DNA of 64,000 nucleotides from Bacteroidales bacterium. Lineage in GTDB: Bacteria > Bacteroidota > Bacteroidia > Bacteroidales > P3. Both the position numbers and the translations under genes were made by a program. The notes beneath the pieces are model-generated. The model saw only the letters and a program-made list of their open reading frames with translations, searched no databases and was not told the origin of the DNA. The stretch covers positions 32,396-96,395 of the forward strand of contig JAGBJI010000010.1 in NCBI GenBank assembly GCA_017934545.1, read 5' to 3'. Positions 47,647 to 58,216 of the stretch are shown here, piece after piece; the first letter of the stretch is position 1, and each line of letters starts with the position of its first letter.

Positions 47647-47944
47647 CCTTTATCTGCTTTACGATTTGTGAAATACGTGCTGCCAGACTGCGGCAGTCAT
47701 CGGCAATCATTCCAAAGCCATAGGCGTTTGCCTGTCTTGCCAACTGGTTAAGGTTGGTGGCTTCGCCCATCAGGTTTCTTAACACGACAAGCGTATTCCT
47801 ATCAATGCGTTCCTTGACGTGTCCGTTCTTAATCAGTGAGCGAACAACTTCACTCTGGGTTCTTCCACTCTGTCGGGCGAGTGCCTTCAGCCAGTAGTTT
47901 TCCTGCTCTGTCAGTCGGAGCGAGATTGTCTTTGCTTTCTTCAT
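47627..47944 (-). CDS. MobC-like relaxosome accessory protein
   Basis: Start at ATG 47944. RHH-like ISLRLTEQENYWLKALA... and ...TNLNQLARQAN motif. Overlaps the relaxase start. Confidence 0.7.
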   Translation of the reverse strand: MKKAKTISLRLTEQENYWLKALARQSGRTQSEVVRSLIKNGHVKERIDRNTLVVLRNLMGEATNLNQLARQANAYGFGMIADDCRSLAARISQIVKQIKDDRKDN

Positions 47945-48084
47945 TTCCTTGTCTGATTTTGGTGAATAATGTTTGTGACCATCGGGAGCCTCCAGCCTTT
48001 TGGGGTGGCAAGTGGGGAGGTGAATATAATACACCGCCATAAACTTGCTATCCCCAAAATGTTCCCCAATCGTCTTTCTCGGTC

Positions 48085-49170
48085 TCATAGGCGCAAGCCC
48101 TTTCTCTTGCCATCAGTCATTCCGTCAGTCATGTTGTTAATGGGCTGTTTAACTGGTTGTAATTGCAACTGATTTATCAATTTATCAATTGACTGATTTG
48201 TCAGTCTCATCTGTTCCAGTTTGCCCTCCTCGGTCTCAATGTTAAGCAGGAAGTCGGCAATGTCTAGTCCCTGCTTTCGCTGTTCATCCGTCGCTGTCCG
48301 TTCCAAATAATCATACAACTGTGCATGGATGCCGAGTTGTCTCATCACAGGAATCTTGCCCCTCCAGTAGTCCGTCGCTCCGAGGTCGGGGAAGAGTGAG
48401 ACAGTCCGTCCACGGAGAACGCTCAGGCATTCCTCATTGAGACATCCGTTCTTTCCGCCAGATGCTATCCATGTGAAATATGGAAGATGGACGGTGCAGA
48501 CAAGAGCCGTCTTTTCGCTCTCCACCAACGCAACGGGCTTCTCCTTTTCTGCATCCAGCAGGTGCTCACCGAAGAAGCATTGATGAAGATTGAAGTCCGA
48601 AAGGTGCAGGGCAGAGTGTGCCCATGTAACATGGCAGAACGGCAGCTTCACTCTCTTGCCTGTCAGCGGATTGTAAAGAATTATCTTACCCGTCCGCGCC
48701 TTGCCCTCTTTATCAATCTGCCAGAAAACGGTTGCCCCTTGCCAGTGTCTGGAGGTGCCGACATGGTATCTCCTCATCAGTTTCATTGTCTGCTCCCTAC
48801 CAAATTTGAGGGATAGAAAGCGGAAGAGATTGTTAGCCTCATAGTGCTGCATACTGGCTTCCACCAATTCCGAAGGGATGTAAGAGATTGGTTTGGGATG
48901 CTCTGTGATGTGTGGAGTATAGAGAGGCTTCTTTCCTCCTGCCAGTTGTTCTTGGGCAAACGGATTGTCCTTGAAGTAGTCGCTGGGGGTATAGTGATAC
49001 CCACAACGCTGCTCATGGTCGCATCGACCGACATAGGGAGGGAACTGTATCTTTCCTTCTGTGTCGATATACCTTGAAAAGCACCGCTTCTGTTTGCACT
49101 CTGGGCAGGTGTGTCTGGTGCTGATGCCTTTATAGGGCTGTAGTCTGAATCTGTATGTACTCGTATTCAT
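48085..49170 (-). CDS. Zinc-finger/Toprim-like (primase-like) protein of the IME backbone
   Basis: N-terminal CPECKQKRCF...C.H..RCGYH zinc ribbon. C-terminal acidic Toprim-like region (LVESEKTAL...LFPDLG). Confidence 0.55.
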   Translation of the reverse strand: MNTSTYRFRLQPYKGISTRHTCPECKQKRCFSRYIDTEGKIQFPPYVGRCDHEQRCGYHYTPSDYFKDNPFAQEQLAGGKKPLYTPHITEHPKPISYIPSELVEASMQHYEANNLFRFLSLKFGREQTMKLMRRYHVGTSRHWQGATVFWQIDKEGKARTGKIILYNPLTGKRVKLPFCHVTWAHSALHLSDFNLHQCFFGEHLLDAEKEKPVALVESEKTALVCTVHLPYFTWIASGGKNGCLNEECLSVLRGRTVSLFPDLGATDYWRGKIPVMRQLGIHAQLYDYLERTATDEQRKQGLDIADFLLNIETEEGKLEQMRLTNQSIDKLINQLQLQPVKQPINNMTDGMTDGKRKGLRL

Positions 49171-49275
49171 TGATGCTTGAACCTTTCTTCTTTTTTATCC
49201 TCCGCACTTTCCGCATTTTCTGCATTTTGACGGGTCAAAGTGTGGAAAGTGCAGAAAGTGCGAGGGGGTGAAACC

Positions 49276-50640
49276 TTATATTTTCGTGTATTCCCCGTGC
49301 CGTTCCCGTTTGAACAGGATACCGATGTTCCGACTGAGAAAATCTTTGAAAGCCCTCTCTTTCATCCCTTCCCTGTCTGCCAGTTCCAGTCCCTCGGCAG
49401 TCGTGAATTGGCTTGGCAGTTGGTGGAGGATGGCGAGTTGCTGCATGGTCAGTGATTCCTCGTTCATAATTCCTTGCACATTGAGGGCTGTCATTCGGAA
49501 ATACTCGGTCAGCAAGATTGCCTTCTCTACTGATTCCCTGTCAATGGCATCTTTGTCAGCCTCTCCACAAGCCCATCGTGCCAGTTGCAGAATCAGGCAG
49601 AAGCGAATAAGGTAGGTTTCCAATTTACAGTAGATGCCCACAATGACCTCACTTGTTTCAGTATCGCACATTTCGGCTAATCTGTGCTGATATTCGTAGA
49701 GGGCTGCACGAGCCTCTGGCAGAAAGCACAGAATCTTGTACGGGTTCTCATTGCACGGCATAAAGTCAAGTGCTATAAGTCTTGAAAGAATGTCTGCCCA
49801 TTGCTGGTCGATGTCCTCTGAGAGTTCACGGTCATTCCAGCGTATCTTCTGCTGGTCGGATGGAAGGACAAACAGGATGCGGTCAATGAATCCGTTACAT
49901 GAACGCTCGCCTTTAGCCAGTTCGCCCAACACTTTCTTCTGGATGGTGCCGATGACGGAGATATATGGTCGCTTGATGAATACTGAACTCCTTGCGCTCT
50001 TGCGGTCGGAAATAGTTGTCTTGGCACTGAAGACAGAAAGCCAGAACTGTTCTTCGGAACCGTTGTTGTAGCGGTTGAAGTTCTTGAACCATGCCGACAG
50101 TTCATCAGCCCACAGACAAAGCCCACGCTGATTCTGTGCGTGTATCAGGCTCAGACCTTCGGGGGTGATGTCGGATACAAGGAACCGTTTGCGGACTGGC
50201 TCTTGTGGATATTCCTCCAGTCCAGCCTCGTTACGCTCCTTACGGGTCATCTGCACCATCTTCTCAAATTCCATGTACTCCTGCTCAAATTGCAGGTTCT
50301 GCTGATAGTCGTAGGCAAGAAACGGCTTCATGGCAAAGGATAGGGGATGGCTCTTGTTGGCTACTGGTCTTCCGACGAGTGCCATATAGAGGATGGCACT
50401 CTCCAACCAGCCGCTTTTCACCTGTACCAGATGCGTGTTGCCAATCCCGACGGCTATGGCGGTCAGCATGGAGGCTGCCACATAGTCGATGGGAAAACTC
50501 TGGCACTCATGCAACTCTGTGATGATGTGCTGAATGGGCTGCGGAAAGACACTGACGGGGAAGTCGGTGCCGCTCAATCGTAGTCCGAAGTCCGTTGCAT
50601 TGGCAAGGATGCCTTGTGGGGTAAGGATATTCTTCTCCAT
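49276..50640 (-). CDS. DUF3987-like (VirE/primase-helicase-associated) protein
   Basis: 454 aa. Position and size are typical of Bacteroidales IME/CTn backbone genes. Family assignment is from memory only. Confidence 0.45.
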   Translation of the reverse strand: MEKNILTPQGILANATDFGLRLSGTDFPVSVFPQPIQHIITELHECQSFPIDYVAASMLTAIAVGIGNTHLVQVKSGWLESAILYMALVGRPVANKSHPLSFAMKPFLAYDYQQNLQFEQEYMEFEKMVQMTRKERNEAGLEEYPQEPVRKRFLVSDITPEGLSLIHAQNQRGLCLWADELSAWFKNFNRYNNGSEEQFWLSVFSAKTTISDRKSARSSVFIKRPYISVIGTIQKKVLGELAKGERSCNGFIDRILFVLPSDQQKIRWNDRELSEDIDQQWADILSRLIALDFMPCNENPYKILCFLPEARAALYEYQHRLAEMCDTETSEVIVGIYCKLETYLIRFCLILQLARWACGEADKDAIDRESVEKAILLTEYFRMTALNVQGIMNEESLTMQQLAILHQLPSQFTTAEGLELADREGMKERAFKDFLSRNIGILFKRERHGEYTKI

Positions 50641-50646
50641 AAGACA

Positions 50647-51015
50647 TCAACGATTTAGAAGTGACTTGGGCTTGTGACGGACACCACTTTGCATAGAATC
50701 CAGCATTTCATCATAGGTCTGCTGGCTGGTTGCTTTGCGTCCATTCTCAATCCATTGCAATAGTTCATCCTCGTAAAAGTAGAGTTTCTTACCTTTCTTG
50801 TAGGCAGGAAGCACACCTTTACGGACAAGGTTATAGATGGTGGGCTTGGCTTTCTTCAAGATAGTACAAGCCACGTCCACCTCTACAGGTTTACGCTCTT
50901 TAGGTGTCTGAACTGGTTGGAGTTTGGACACCATCACAGATAACTCTTCGACCTTTTCGGTCAGATAAGCCACCGCCTGCGGCAACTCATCAAATGAAAC
51001 TTTTTCTTTTTGCAT
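50647..51015 (-). CDS. Excisionase-type helix-turn-helix protein
   Basis: Start at ATG 51015. ...KPTIYNLVRKGVLPAYKKGKKLYFYEDELLQWI is the MerR/Xis-type HTH_17 pattern. Confidence 0.7.
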   Translation of the reverse strand: MQKEKVSFDELPQAVAYLTEKVEELSVMVSKLQPVQTPKERKPVEVDVACTILKKAKPTIYNLVRKGVLPAYKKGKKLYFYEDELLQWIENGRKATSQQTYDEMLDSMQSGVRHKPKSLLNR

Positions 51016-51195
51016 AACACGAAATTTGAATTTCGGCTGCAAAGGAAAAAGGTTATCTATTAGTGACCAAATTCACTGAAAAGTAACTATCTGATAACCA
51101 AATGATGAAAAATCACCGTTTTGATTATCAGATAGTTATTGATGGTAATCGTTGCTGATATTTTATGATTTCCTACGTTTGTGATGGTTCAGAAA

Positions 51196-52167
51196 TTACT
51201 TGATACCATTCCATTTCTTTCTCTTTTCTGCTTGTTCCTCTTTCTTTATCCTGATTTCTGGAACATATTCGGGAATCAGACCTTTGTCTTTACTCGACTG
51301 CTTGCGTATAAGCGTTTCAAGACTGACATTCTCCAACTGCTGGGCAAACACTACTTTCACAAAACTGGCTCTGTGCTTGCCTGTGGTAAGACGGAAATAC
51401 TGACTAAGGTGTCCTGCGAGGTGGGCATAGTCGATGGACTTCAACTGTGACGATACCTTTAAGGACTTTACTTGTGGGAAAACGTATCTGTGCCCTTCCT
51501 CTTTGGGGAGGAAGAAGTCTGGTGAATCTTGAAAGTCAATGATATATTGGCAAAGTTGCTCAACATCCTCGTTACTGGAGATGTAGGGTGCCATCGTAGT
51601 TTTTACAAATTTGATGGCTGCATCAAGATTTTTCTGGTTTAACTTGCGTCTTTCTTGAATATCTTTCTCACGTATCTTCTCTAACTCGTCAGAAGTTGCT
51701 TGGCTGGTGCTAATGGTAGTAAGATTGGTGCTGCTGGCAGTGTTGGCTTCTCCATCGTATGCCGCCGTTTCAAATTCTTCTGGCTCATAAAACTCATAAT
51801 CAACCTCACCTTTTGCAGCCAGTTCAGACATTGTGGGTATTTCATCTTCTGACAGTTCTTCCGTTGGAATGTATTTGTCTTGCTCTGGCTCATCAAATTC
51901 ACAATCTTCGTAACGCACAGGATAGGCAATTATCGTAAAGAAGCGTTCTTTGATTTTCTTGCCAATGATAGGGGTTACTTCGTCAATGAACTGCTGGAAG
52001 ATGAAGTACATAGCCACAACAAAGAGAAAGATGACAGTGAAAATGACGTTGGCACTAAAGTCATCGAAACCCTTTGTGAGAGCAATAAGTCGTCCAGCCA
52101 TAGCCAGAACTGCACTTAGTAGAGCGATAAGTGCCCAGATGGGCGCACTTTCATATTTACGGGTCAT
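51196..52167 (-). CDS. Hypothetical membrane protein with an acidic linker
   Basis: Two N-terminal TM helices, then an E/D-rich low-complexity segment. Confidence 0.4.
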   Translation of the reverse strand: MTRKYESAPIWALIALLSAVLAMAGRLIALTKGFDDFSANVIFTVIFLFVVAMYFIFQQFIDEVTPIIGKKIKERFFTIIAYPVRYEDCEFDEPEQDKYIPTEELSEDEIPTMSELAAKGEVDYEFYEPEEFETAAYDGEANTASSTNLTTISTSQATSDELEKIREKDIQERRKLNQKNLDAAIKFVKTTMAPYISSNEDVEQLCQYIIDFQDSPDFFLPKEEGHRYVFPQVKSLKVSSQLKSIDYAHLAGHLSQYFRLTTGKHRASFVKVVFAQQLENVSLETLIRKQSSKDKGLIPEYVPEIRIKKEEQAEKRKKWNGIK

Positions 52168-52300
52168 GTATTGTCTATATTACACTTTTGGGGCGCAAAA
52201 TTACAAAAAATCTCGCAAATAGCCAAAGAGTGCAATACTCTAATACGGAAAAGGTGGAAGAACTTGATGTATATTCTCCCACCTTATTATATATAGGGCT

Positions 52301-52687
52301 TCAACTGGATTTCCGAGTGAAGTCCACATCGTTCACGATGATGCAAATATGCTCGTATGGATTCCGTTCATATGCCTTATTCATCATGTATCGACGGAAT
52401 ATCAAGGCATTTCGGCAGGGTAACTTGTACGTCAGATAGAGAATTAGATCCAAATTATATACATCAATCGTCCATCCCTGCTTCTCATGTCTGGGGTATG
52501 GCACTCTCTCCATCGTTTCATGCTCATACAATTCTTTATTCTTGTAGATAGAATGGATAGTGCGATAGATGGTTGCCTCTGGCAGTCCGAACATATCAGA
52601 GATTTCTTCCCTTGTCATCCATACATCTTTGAGAGGCATTGAGACTCTGCCTCCTTCTGTCATTCTGATGATATTTCTTCTTTTCAT
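52301..52687 (-). CDS. Hypothetical small DNA-binding-like protein
   Basis: 128 aa. ...MTREEISDMFGLPEATIYRTIHSIY suggests an HTH. Confidence 0.4.
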   Translation of the reverse strand: MKRRNIIRMTEGGRVSMPLKDVWMTREEISDMFGLPEATIYRTIHSIYKNKELYEHETMERVPYPRHEKQGWTIDVYNLDLILYLTYKLPCRNALIFRRYMMNKAYERNPYEHICIIVNDVDFTRKSS

Positions 52688-52696
52688 TGCTGTGTA

Positions 52697-53809
52697 TTAT
52701 TTGAGGGTGATACGATTAACGGTTTCTCTCTTCTTGTCGCTCACGAGGTCGGCATATATCTGGGTGGTTGCCACGTTTTTGTGGGTCATCATCTTTGATA
52801 TGGTATAAATGTCTGTGCCAGCCGTAACCTGTAAAACTGCATAAGAGTGGCGAAAACAGTGGAAAGACATCGACTTGGTGATGCCTGCCGATTTCAGCCA
52901 TTCCTTCAAAGGGTATTGCGCCATGCTACGCTTAAATCCTTTGAATACGGTGCCAGTGCCTGGTTCTCCACAAAGTTCGTAGGCTTCCATGCTGATGGGC
53001 AGGGTTGCTTCTGTCTGTGTCTTTTGGGTACGGATGCGGATGCAATAGCCTCGGTCTGGTGCCATCTGGATGTGTTCCCACTTCAAGTTGAGAATATCGC
53101 TGATGCGTAATCCTGTCAGGCAAGAGAACAAAGAGGCGGCTTTCAATACAGGTATCTTGCAGGGGGTAGCGGCTAACTTCTTTAGTTCGTCACCAGTCAG
53201 GTACTCTTTCTTTACTTGGTTTTCTTCGATGCGGTCAAGATAGTCGTTGATGTTCTCACGGAGATACTTGTCACGGTGGGCTTGCTTCAGTAGTGAACGG
53301 AACACGCCCCAATAGGCAGACGCACTATTCCTATTGAGAGGTCTATCAGTATGCTTTAGACTGTGGGCATTCAAAAGATATTCACGGAACTTGTTGCAGA
53401 ACTCTACCGTAATGTCCTCAAACGTACATTTGCCATGAACAAAGAAATCGAAATGCTGATAGACGAAATCCCACTTATCTTCTTTCTTGTCGGCTATCTT
53501 GCGGAAGTAGGCTAAGAAGTCTTGGCGCATACGGTGCTTGTCGAGGAATCCAAATTCCTCGTTGATGAGCGAAGTCACCCGAATGCAGCGGATGGCTTCT
53601 GCCTTGTTAAGCATCTCGATGTTAAAGTTCCGCTCTATCTCATTCTTTGGATGGGCATAGATGTAGATGCCCAGATACTCCCTGCGACTCATTGCCATCG
53701 TCTCTGGATTGCGGATGGCAGGGTAATAGTCGAGGTAAAGCGAAATCTTCTCGTTACGAATGGCTCTCTGGCGGAGCGTTACCTTTGTGCAAACATGTCT
53801 TGTGCTCAT
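52697..53809 (-). CDS. int: Tyrosine-type integrase of the IME
   Basis: Start at ATG 53809. C-terminal catalytic pattern ...GLRISD...FHCFRHSYA...MTHKNVATTQIYA (R, HxxR, Y). Confidence 0.88.
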   Translation of the reverse strand: MSTRHVCTKVTLRQRAIRNEKISLYLDYYPAIRNPETMAMSRREYLGIYIYAHPKNEIERNFNIEMLNKAEAIRCIRVTSLINEEFGFLDKHRMRQDFLAYFRKIADKKEDKWDFVYQHFDFFVHGKCTFEDITVEFCNKFREYLLNAHSLKHTDRPLNRNSASAYWGVFRSLLKQAHRDKYLRENINDYLDRIEENQVKKEYLTGDELKKLAATPCKIPVLKAASLFSCLTGLRISDILNLKWEHIQMAPDRGYCIRIRTQKTQTEATLPISMEAYELCGEPGTGTVFKGFKRSMAQYPLKEWLKSAGITKSMSFHCFRHSYAVLQVTAGTDIYTISKMMTHKNVATTQIYADLVSDKKRETVNRITLK

Positions 53810-53904
53810 AATTTGTTGTATTAAGTGATTGATAATGATATATTTGTAATTTTCGTGCAAAGTAAAATGGTTATCCATTAGTTACCAAAATCACCGAATA
53901 ATAA

Positions 53905-54834
53905 CTATTTCTCTGGTTTCAGTATCTTGCCGTTTCGGTGCTTGAACATCACGTTATCGAATATCTTTCGGGGGATTTTTGAGAACTTGCCAACCTTGAT
54001 ACGCTCAACATGATAGGTTTTTAGGATATAACTGAGTTGGTCTTTCGTCAGGTTGTACTTCTCCTTTATCTCGTCTTGGGTGTATAGGTCGGGGTCAGTG
54101 CCATCACCCAGTAATCCCTTTTTGCTGTCAATGTGCATCTTGGAGTAAAGTGGGCTATAACGCTGCTTCTCTTTGTCTTTGATGCGTGGGATGCTGTGGC
54201 GCATGACAAAGGAGATGACAGCGGTATAAGACATATTGAATTTCTCCATGATTTCCTCCACAGAGTACCAATCCTCACGGTTGTATGTTGCTTTGAGGTC
54301 GGCAAAGTATTTGTGAATGAGTTCACGGCTATAGAAAACGTTGCGCCCATCGTAGATTTTTGGAATGTCGTAACGGTTGCATCTGCCAATGACAGCTTTC
54401 TTTCCTATGTTATACATCTTCATTATCTCTTGGGTTGAATAGACTTCACTCTTGGGCTTGTTGGCTCTGGAGTTCTTGCGCTTGCTATATTCTGGGGCTT
54501 CATCAAACATCTTTTCTATGTCAGTACGTCTGATGATGGTCTTGCCTCGGAACTGGCGAGCCTTTAATTCTTTCCTTGCCAGATAACGATAGACTGTGCT
54601 TCGGTCTATACTTAGCAACTTGGCAACTTCTGTTGGGGTGAGAAAGTTTTTCTTACTCACCATAGGGATGTAGTCGCTGTTCTTCAGCAACTCCACCTCG
54701 TACTCTTTCATCTTCTTCATTCGCTCCTTATGCTTATAAGCGGTATCAATACACTGCTTTGAGCAGAATCGGGCGTTGAAACTGTGGGCTATAAACTTTT
54801 TTCCGCACCACTGGCATTTCTTTTCGATGTCCAT
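53905..54834 (-). CDS. Zinc-ribbon plus multi-HTH DNA-binding protein (excision/regulatory candidate)
   Basis: N-terminal CQWCGKKF...CSKQC. LTPTEVAKLLSIDRSTVYRYL HTH, with further HTH-like repeats. Confidence 0.5.
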   Translation of the reverse strand: MDIEKKCQWCGKKFIAHSFNARFCSKQCIDTAYKHKERMKKMKEYEVELLKNSDYIPMVSKKNFLTPTEVAKLLSIDRSTVYRYLARKELKARQFRGKTIIRRTDIEKMFDEAPEYSKRKNSRANKPKSEVYSTQEIMKMYNIGKKAVIGRCNRYDIPKIYDGRNVFYSRELIHKYFADLKATYNREDWYSVEEIMEKFNMSYTAVISFVMRHSIPRIKDKEKQRYSPLYSKMHIDSKKGLLGDGTDPDLYTQDEIKEKYNLTKDQLSYILKTYHVERIKVGKFSKIPRKIFDNVMFKHRNGKILKPEK

Positions 54835-54961
54835 AATTTCCTGTTTTTATACTGTTGTTACTTTGATTGCGCATAAGCGTGATTTGTGGGGCAAAACACT
54901 TTTATACGCTATAGGTCTTCGGCTTTCACAGTGTCAAACCTTTTTATTTTTACTCGCCTTA

Positions 54962-55060
54962 AAGTGTTGCATAGCGTCGCACTTGTGCCCTCAATAGCGT
55001 TTTCGGGTTTTCAAATAGTGTTGCATGATGTCGCATTTTTAGATGGCGTTTGTTCCCTAA
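54962..55060. repeat. Clustered short direct repeats near the IME right end (candidate arm-type Int/Xis sites)
   Basis: AGTGTTGCATAGCGTCGCA (54963-54981) and AGTGTTGCATGATGTCGCA (55017-55035). AATAGCG(T/A)TTT at about 54994 and about 55049. Confidence 0.45.
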
Positions 55061-55244
55061 ATAGCGATTTGCCCCATTTGCGATTGTCCGCTGACAACCT
55101 CCGAGGTACAAATGTGGTACAAAAACAGGCTAAAAAAAGAAATTCAACGATTGGCATCGATGAATTAGGAAATAAATAAAGCACTCATTTAAAGTGCCTT
55201 ATGTGATGATTAGTGATAAATGGTAATCGTTGGTAATTGCGAAT

Positions 55245-55259
55245 TACTTGCCCACGCAG
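55245..55259. repeat. 15-bp direct repeat (attR core) of the mobile element
   Basis: TACTTGCCCACGCAG is identical to 31028-31042. Confidence 0.9.
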
Positions 55260-58176
55260 AAGTTAAAAATATCGGACGCATACGGCGTTTTGCCGACAGG
55301 AATATGGCATCTTGCGGCGATAGATTGTCTTTGTGCTGCAATTCTATCGCATAGTCGTACATGATTATGGCGTTTCTGACCAATATTCCCATCAATGCAA
55401 TTATTCCCAAGAAACATGTGATTGACAAATCCACGCCTGCGATTATCATTCCTACACTCGCACCCGACAAAGTCAATAACAGTGAACACAAAAGCAAGAA
55501 CGCCAACGACAATTTCTTAAAGTGGAACACCAAAATAAAGAAGATAATTACAACAGCAATGATTAAACCGCCGATAATCTTCGGCATATTGTCGGAATTG
55601 GACTCATAATCGCCGCCGTATGTGATGCTCACGCCGTCAGGTAAAGATATTTTGTTTATTTGTGCGATAAGAGCGTCAAAAACTGCGGCGGTGTTTTCGC
55701 CTCTTTTCACTTCGCTCAACACTGTTGCCGTCCTGACGCCGCCTCTTCGGGAAATTTGTCCGTAATGATACGACGTGTTAATGTCGGATATGCTCCGAAG
55801 CGGAACATTAGTCAATCCGCCCGCAACGGGTATCAACTCATTTTTCAAATCTTCGGTAGTGTTGCTGTCAGAAGTCATGCTCTTCAAACAAATCGGCGTT
55901 TTGTAATCATTATTATATATCTCCGCCAAAGGAAAACCGGAGGAATTGTAACGCATTGCAAGAGTTAGTTGCAACGTTGTAGGACTTATGCCCATCATTT
56001 GCGATTTGCTTTCGTTCAAATCAATATCCACCGCAGGTAAATAACCGTTGAAATCATTGCGTACAAGAGTCAGGTTTTCGTTTTGACGCATAAGCAGTGT
56101 GATAGTATCCACCGCCTTTTTGATTTGTGTTAAGTCTTCGCCGGAAACACGTACCTCAATAGGATTACTTGCATCGCCGTACATTATTTGTTTGAATTTA
56201 ACATACGCATCAGGGAAGAAGGTTTGATATTTATTGGTGTATTCGTCCAAAAGTTCCACCGTAGTTTTAATTCCTTTTGTATTGACAATAAATTGTGCGT
56301 AGTTCTTATCGGCAAATTGCGGTGCATAACCTGCTTGAAACCTCGGAGAAGACATACCTTTGAACGAACAAATGCTTGTAATCCTCTTGTCCTTTAAAAG
56401 TATCTTCTCCAAACTGTCTGCAATAGCCGTAGTTCTTTCAAGTGAAGCCCCTGTCGGCAAATATATTTCCACGGCAAACTGGTCGCGGTCTGCGGCAGGC
56501 ATAAGTTGTTGCTTGTGATTCACAAATAAAAAAGCACCGAGAAAAATACTTATCACACCAATAAATATAGTTATCGTCTTGTGATTAAAGCACGCCGTGA
56601 TAACTTTATCGTAGAACGTTTGGATAAAATCCAAGAAGTTGAATTTCTTTTTTGTGCTTGCGGTTTCGTTTTTCCTTGCCGTCGCTTCGTCAATAAAGAA
56701 GTATTGCATGAAAGGTACTAACATCTCGGCAACAATTAAAGACACAAACAAGATAAGCGTAACTGCCCAAGGGAATGAATAAACAAAATCGTGTGTAATT
56801 CCTTTCATCGTGATAAGGAATGGGAAGAAGGTAACGCTTATTGCCAACGTTGCCGAAAGAATAGACTTAAAGAAATGCGTTGCACTCTGCACCGCCGCCG
56901 TTTTTCTGTTGGCGCCTTCTTTCAGTTGTTCTACGTAAGCGTCTATAATAACTATGGAATTATCTACAATCATTCCAAGCGTAACAATTAACGCCGCAAG
57001 AGTAACTGTATTCAACTCCACGTTAAAGAAGTTAAACAATCCGAGAGAAATAAATATTGTAATAGGGATTGTAGAAGCCGCAACCAACGCAACACGCATC
57101 GGCATAAGTAAAAGTACAACCAAGATAACCGCTCCTATTGCTATCAACAGTTCTTTTAAAAACGTCCAAACGCTGTCATTAACTACTTTCGGTTGGTCGG
57201 TAATGGTTGTCATCTTTACGCTTTGCGGCAGTTCCTCTTCAAACTCTGCAAGAATCTTTTTAACATCCTGCCCCATCTTAACTATATTCCTGCCTTCTTT
57301 CATCTCAATTGAGAGAACCAAACATTTAGTTCCGTTGTTTGTAATGTAAGAATCGGGCTTCGGATACTCCTTTTTAACTTTTGCAATGTCTTTAATACGG
57401 ATTTGATTGCCCGCAATGTCGGAATAAACAGTCATATTCTCCACATCACTTACCACATTAAGCGACTGAGTTACATAAACAGGCATCTCACTGCTGTTAT
57501 CCTTGACACTGCCTGCCATTGTAGTGAAACCGTTATTCAAAAGATTCATTGCAATTATCTTGTCGTTGATACCGTATGACGCAAGACGTTTATTATCCAA
57601 GTAAATACTTATCTGTTCGTTCATCTTGCCGATAACGTTCAGCCTTCCGACGCTCTCAATTGTGTAAAGTCTGTCTTCCAAAGCCTTCATGTATTCGTCA
57701 AGTTCCTTATACGTCTTGTCACTGCTCTCCATAGCAATCAAAAGTGCCGAAGTATCGCCGAAATCATCTATGACACGGACGGCAAGTACGCCTTTGGGAA
57801 GTGAAGATTTGAAAGTATTGATACCGTGTTTGAATTTATTCCAAAAAGTATCCTTATCGCCGATGTCATCGTTCAATTCAATCTGAATAATACACATTCC
57901 GTTGCGTGAAAACGACTTGGTCTTGGCTTTTTTCACCTCTTTAAAAGAAAAGATATACTTTTCAAGAGGTTTAGTCAGCTCCATCTCAATTTCTTCTGCA
58001 CTCTTACCGGGATAAACCGCCGCAACAATGCCCTGACGTATGGTAAAATTAGGAAATTCATTCTTATTGATACCGTCAAGTGAGTATATGCCGAATGCAA
58101 TCAAGCAACTGACAACAAGGATTACGATTTTGTGATAATCAAACGCCCACTGCACCAATTTTTTTTTGTTTTTCAT
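55245..58176 (-). pseudogene. 5' part (~977 codons) of the RND (AcrB/CzcA-type) efflux transporter gene, disrupted by the IME
   Basis: 988-aa ORF whose last 11 codons (NSQLPTITIYH*) are read from element DNA. 12-TM RND architecture. The in-frame continuation lies at 30870-31042. Confidence 0.88.
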
Positions 58177-58216
58177 AATGTAAAATCTCTTTTTATTGTT
58201 ACACTACTGCGTTTTG

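Larger units (their letters stand above)
31028..55259. mobile_element. ~24.2 kb NBU-like integrative mobilizable element carrying defence cargo
   Basis: Bounded by a perfect 15-bp direct repeat. Interrupts an otherwise in-frame RND gene. Encodes a tyrosine integrase at one end, HTH/excisionase-like proteins, a DUF3987-like protein, a primase-like protein, MobC and a relaxase. Confidence 0.85.

Noticed and set aside
49268-50583. Plus-strand ORFs 49268-49615, 49736-50071, 50205-50522 and 50347-50583
   Set aside because: They are antisense to the 454-aa IME backbone gene and have no domain signatures. They are shadow ORFs in a relatively GC-rich region.
55210-55244. The last 11 codons (NSQLPTITIYH) of the 988-aa RND ORF as a genuine C-terminus
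   Set aside because: These codons are read from mobile-element DNA beyond the 15-bp repeat. The true continuation is found in frame at 30870-31042.
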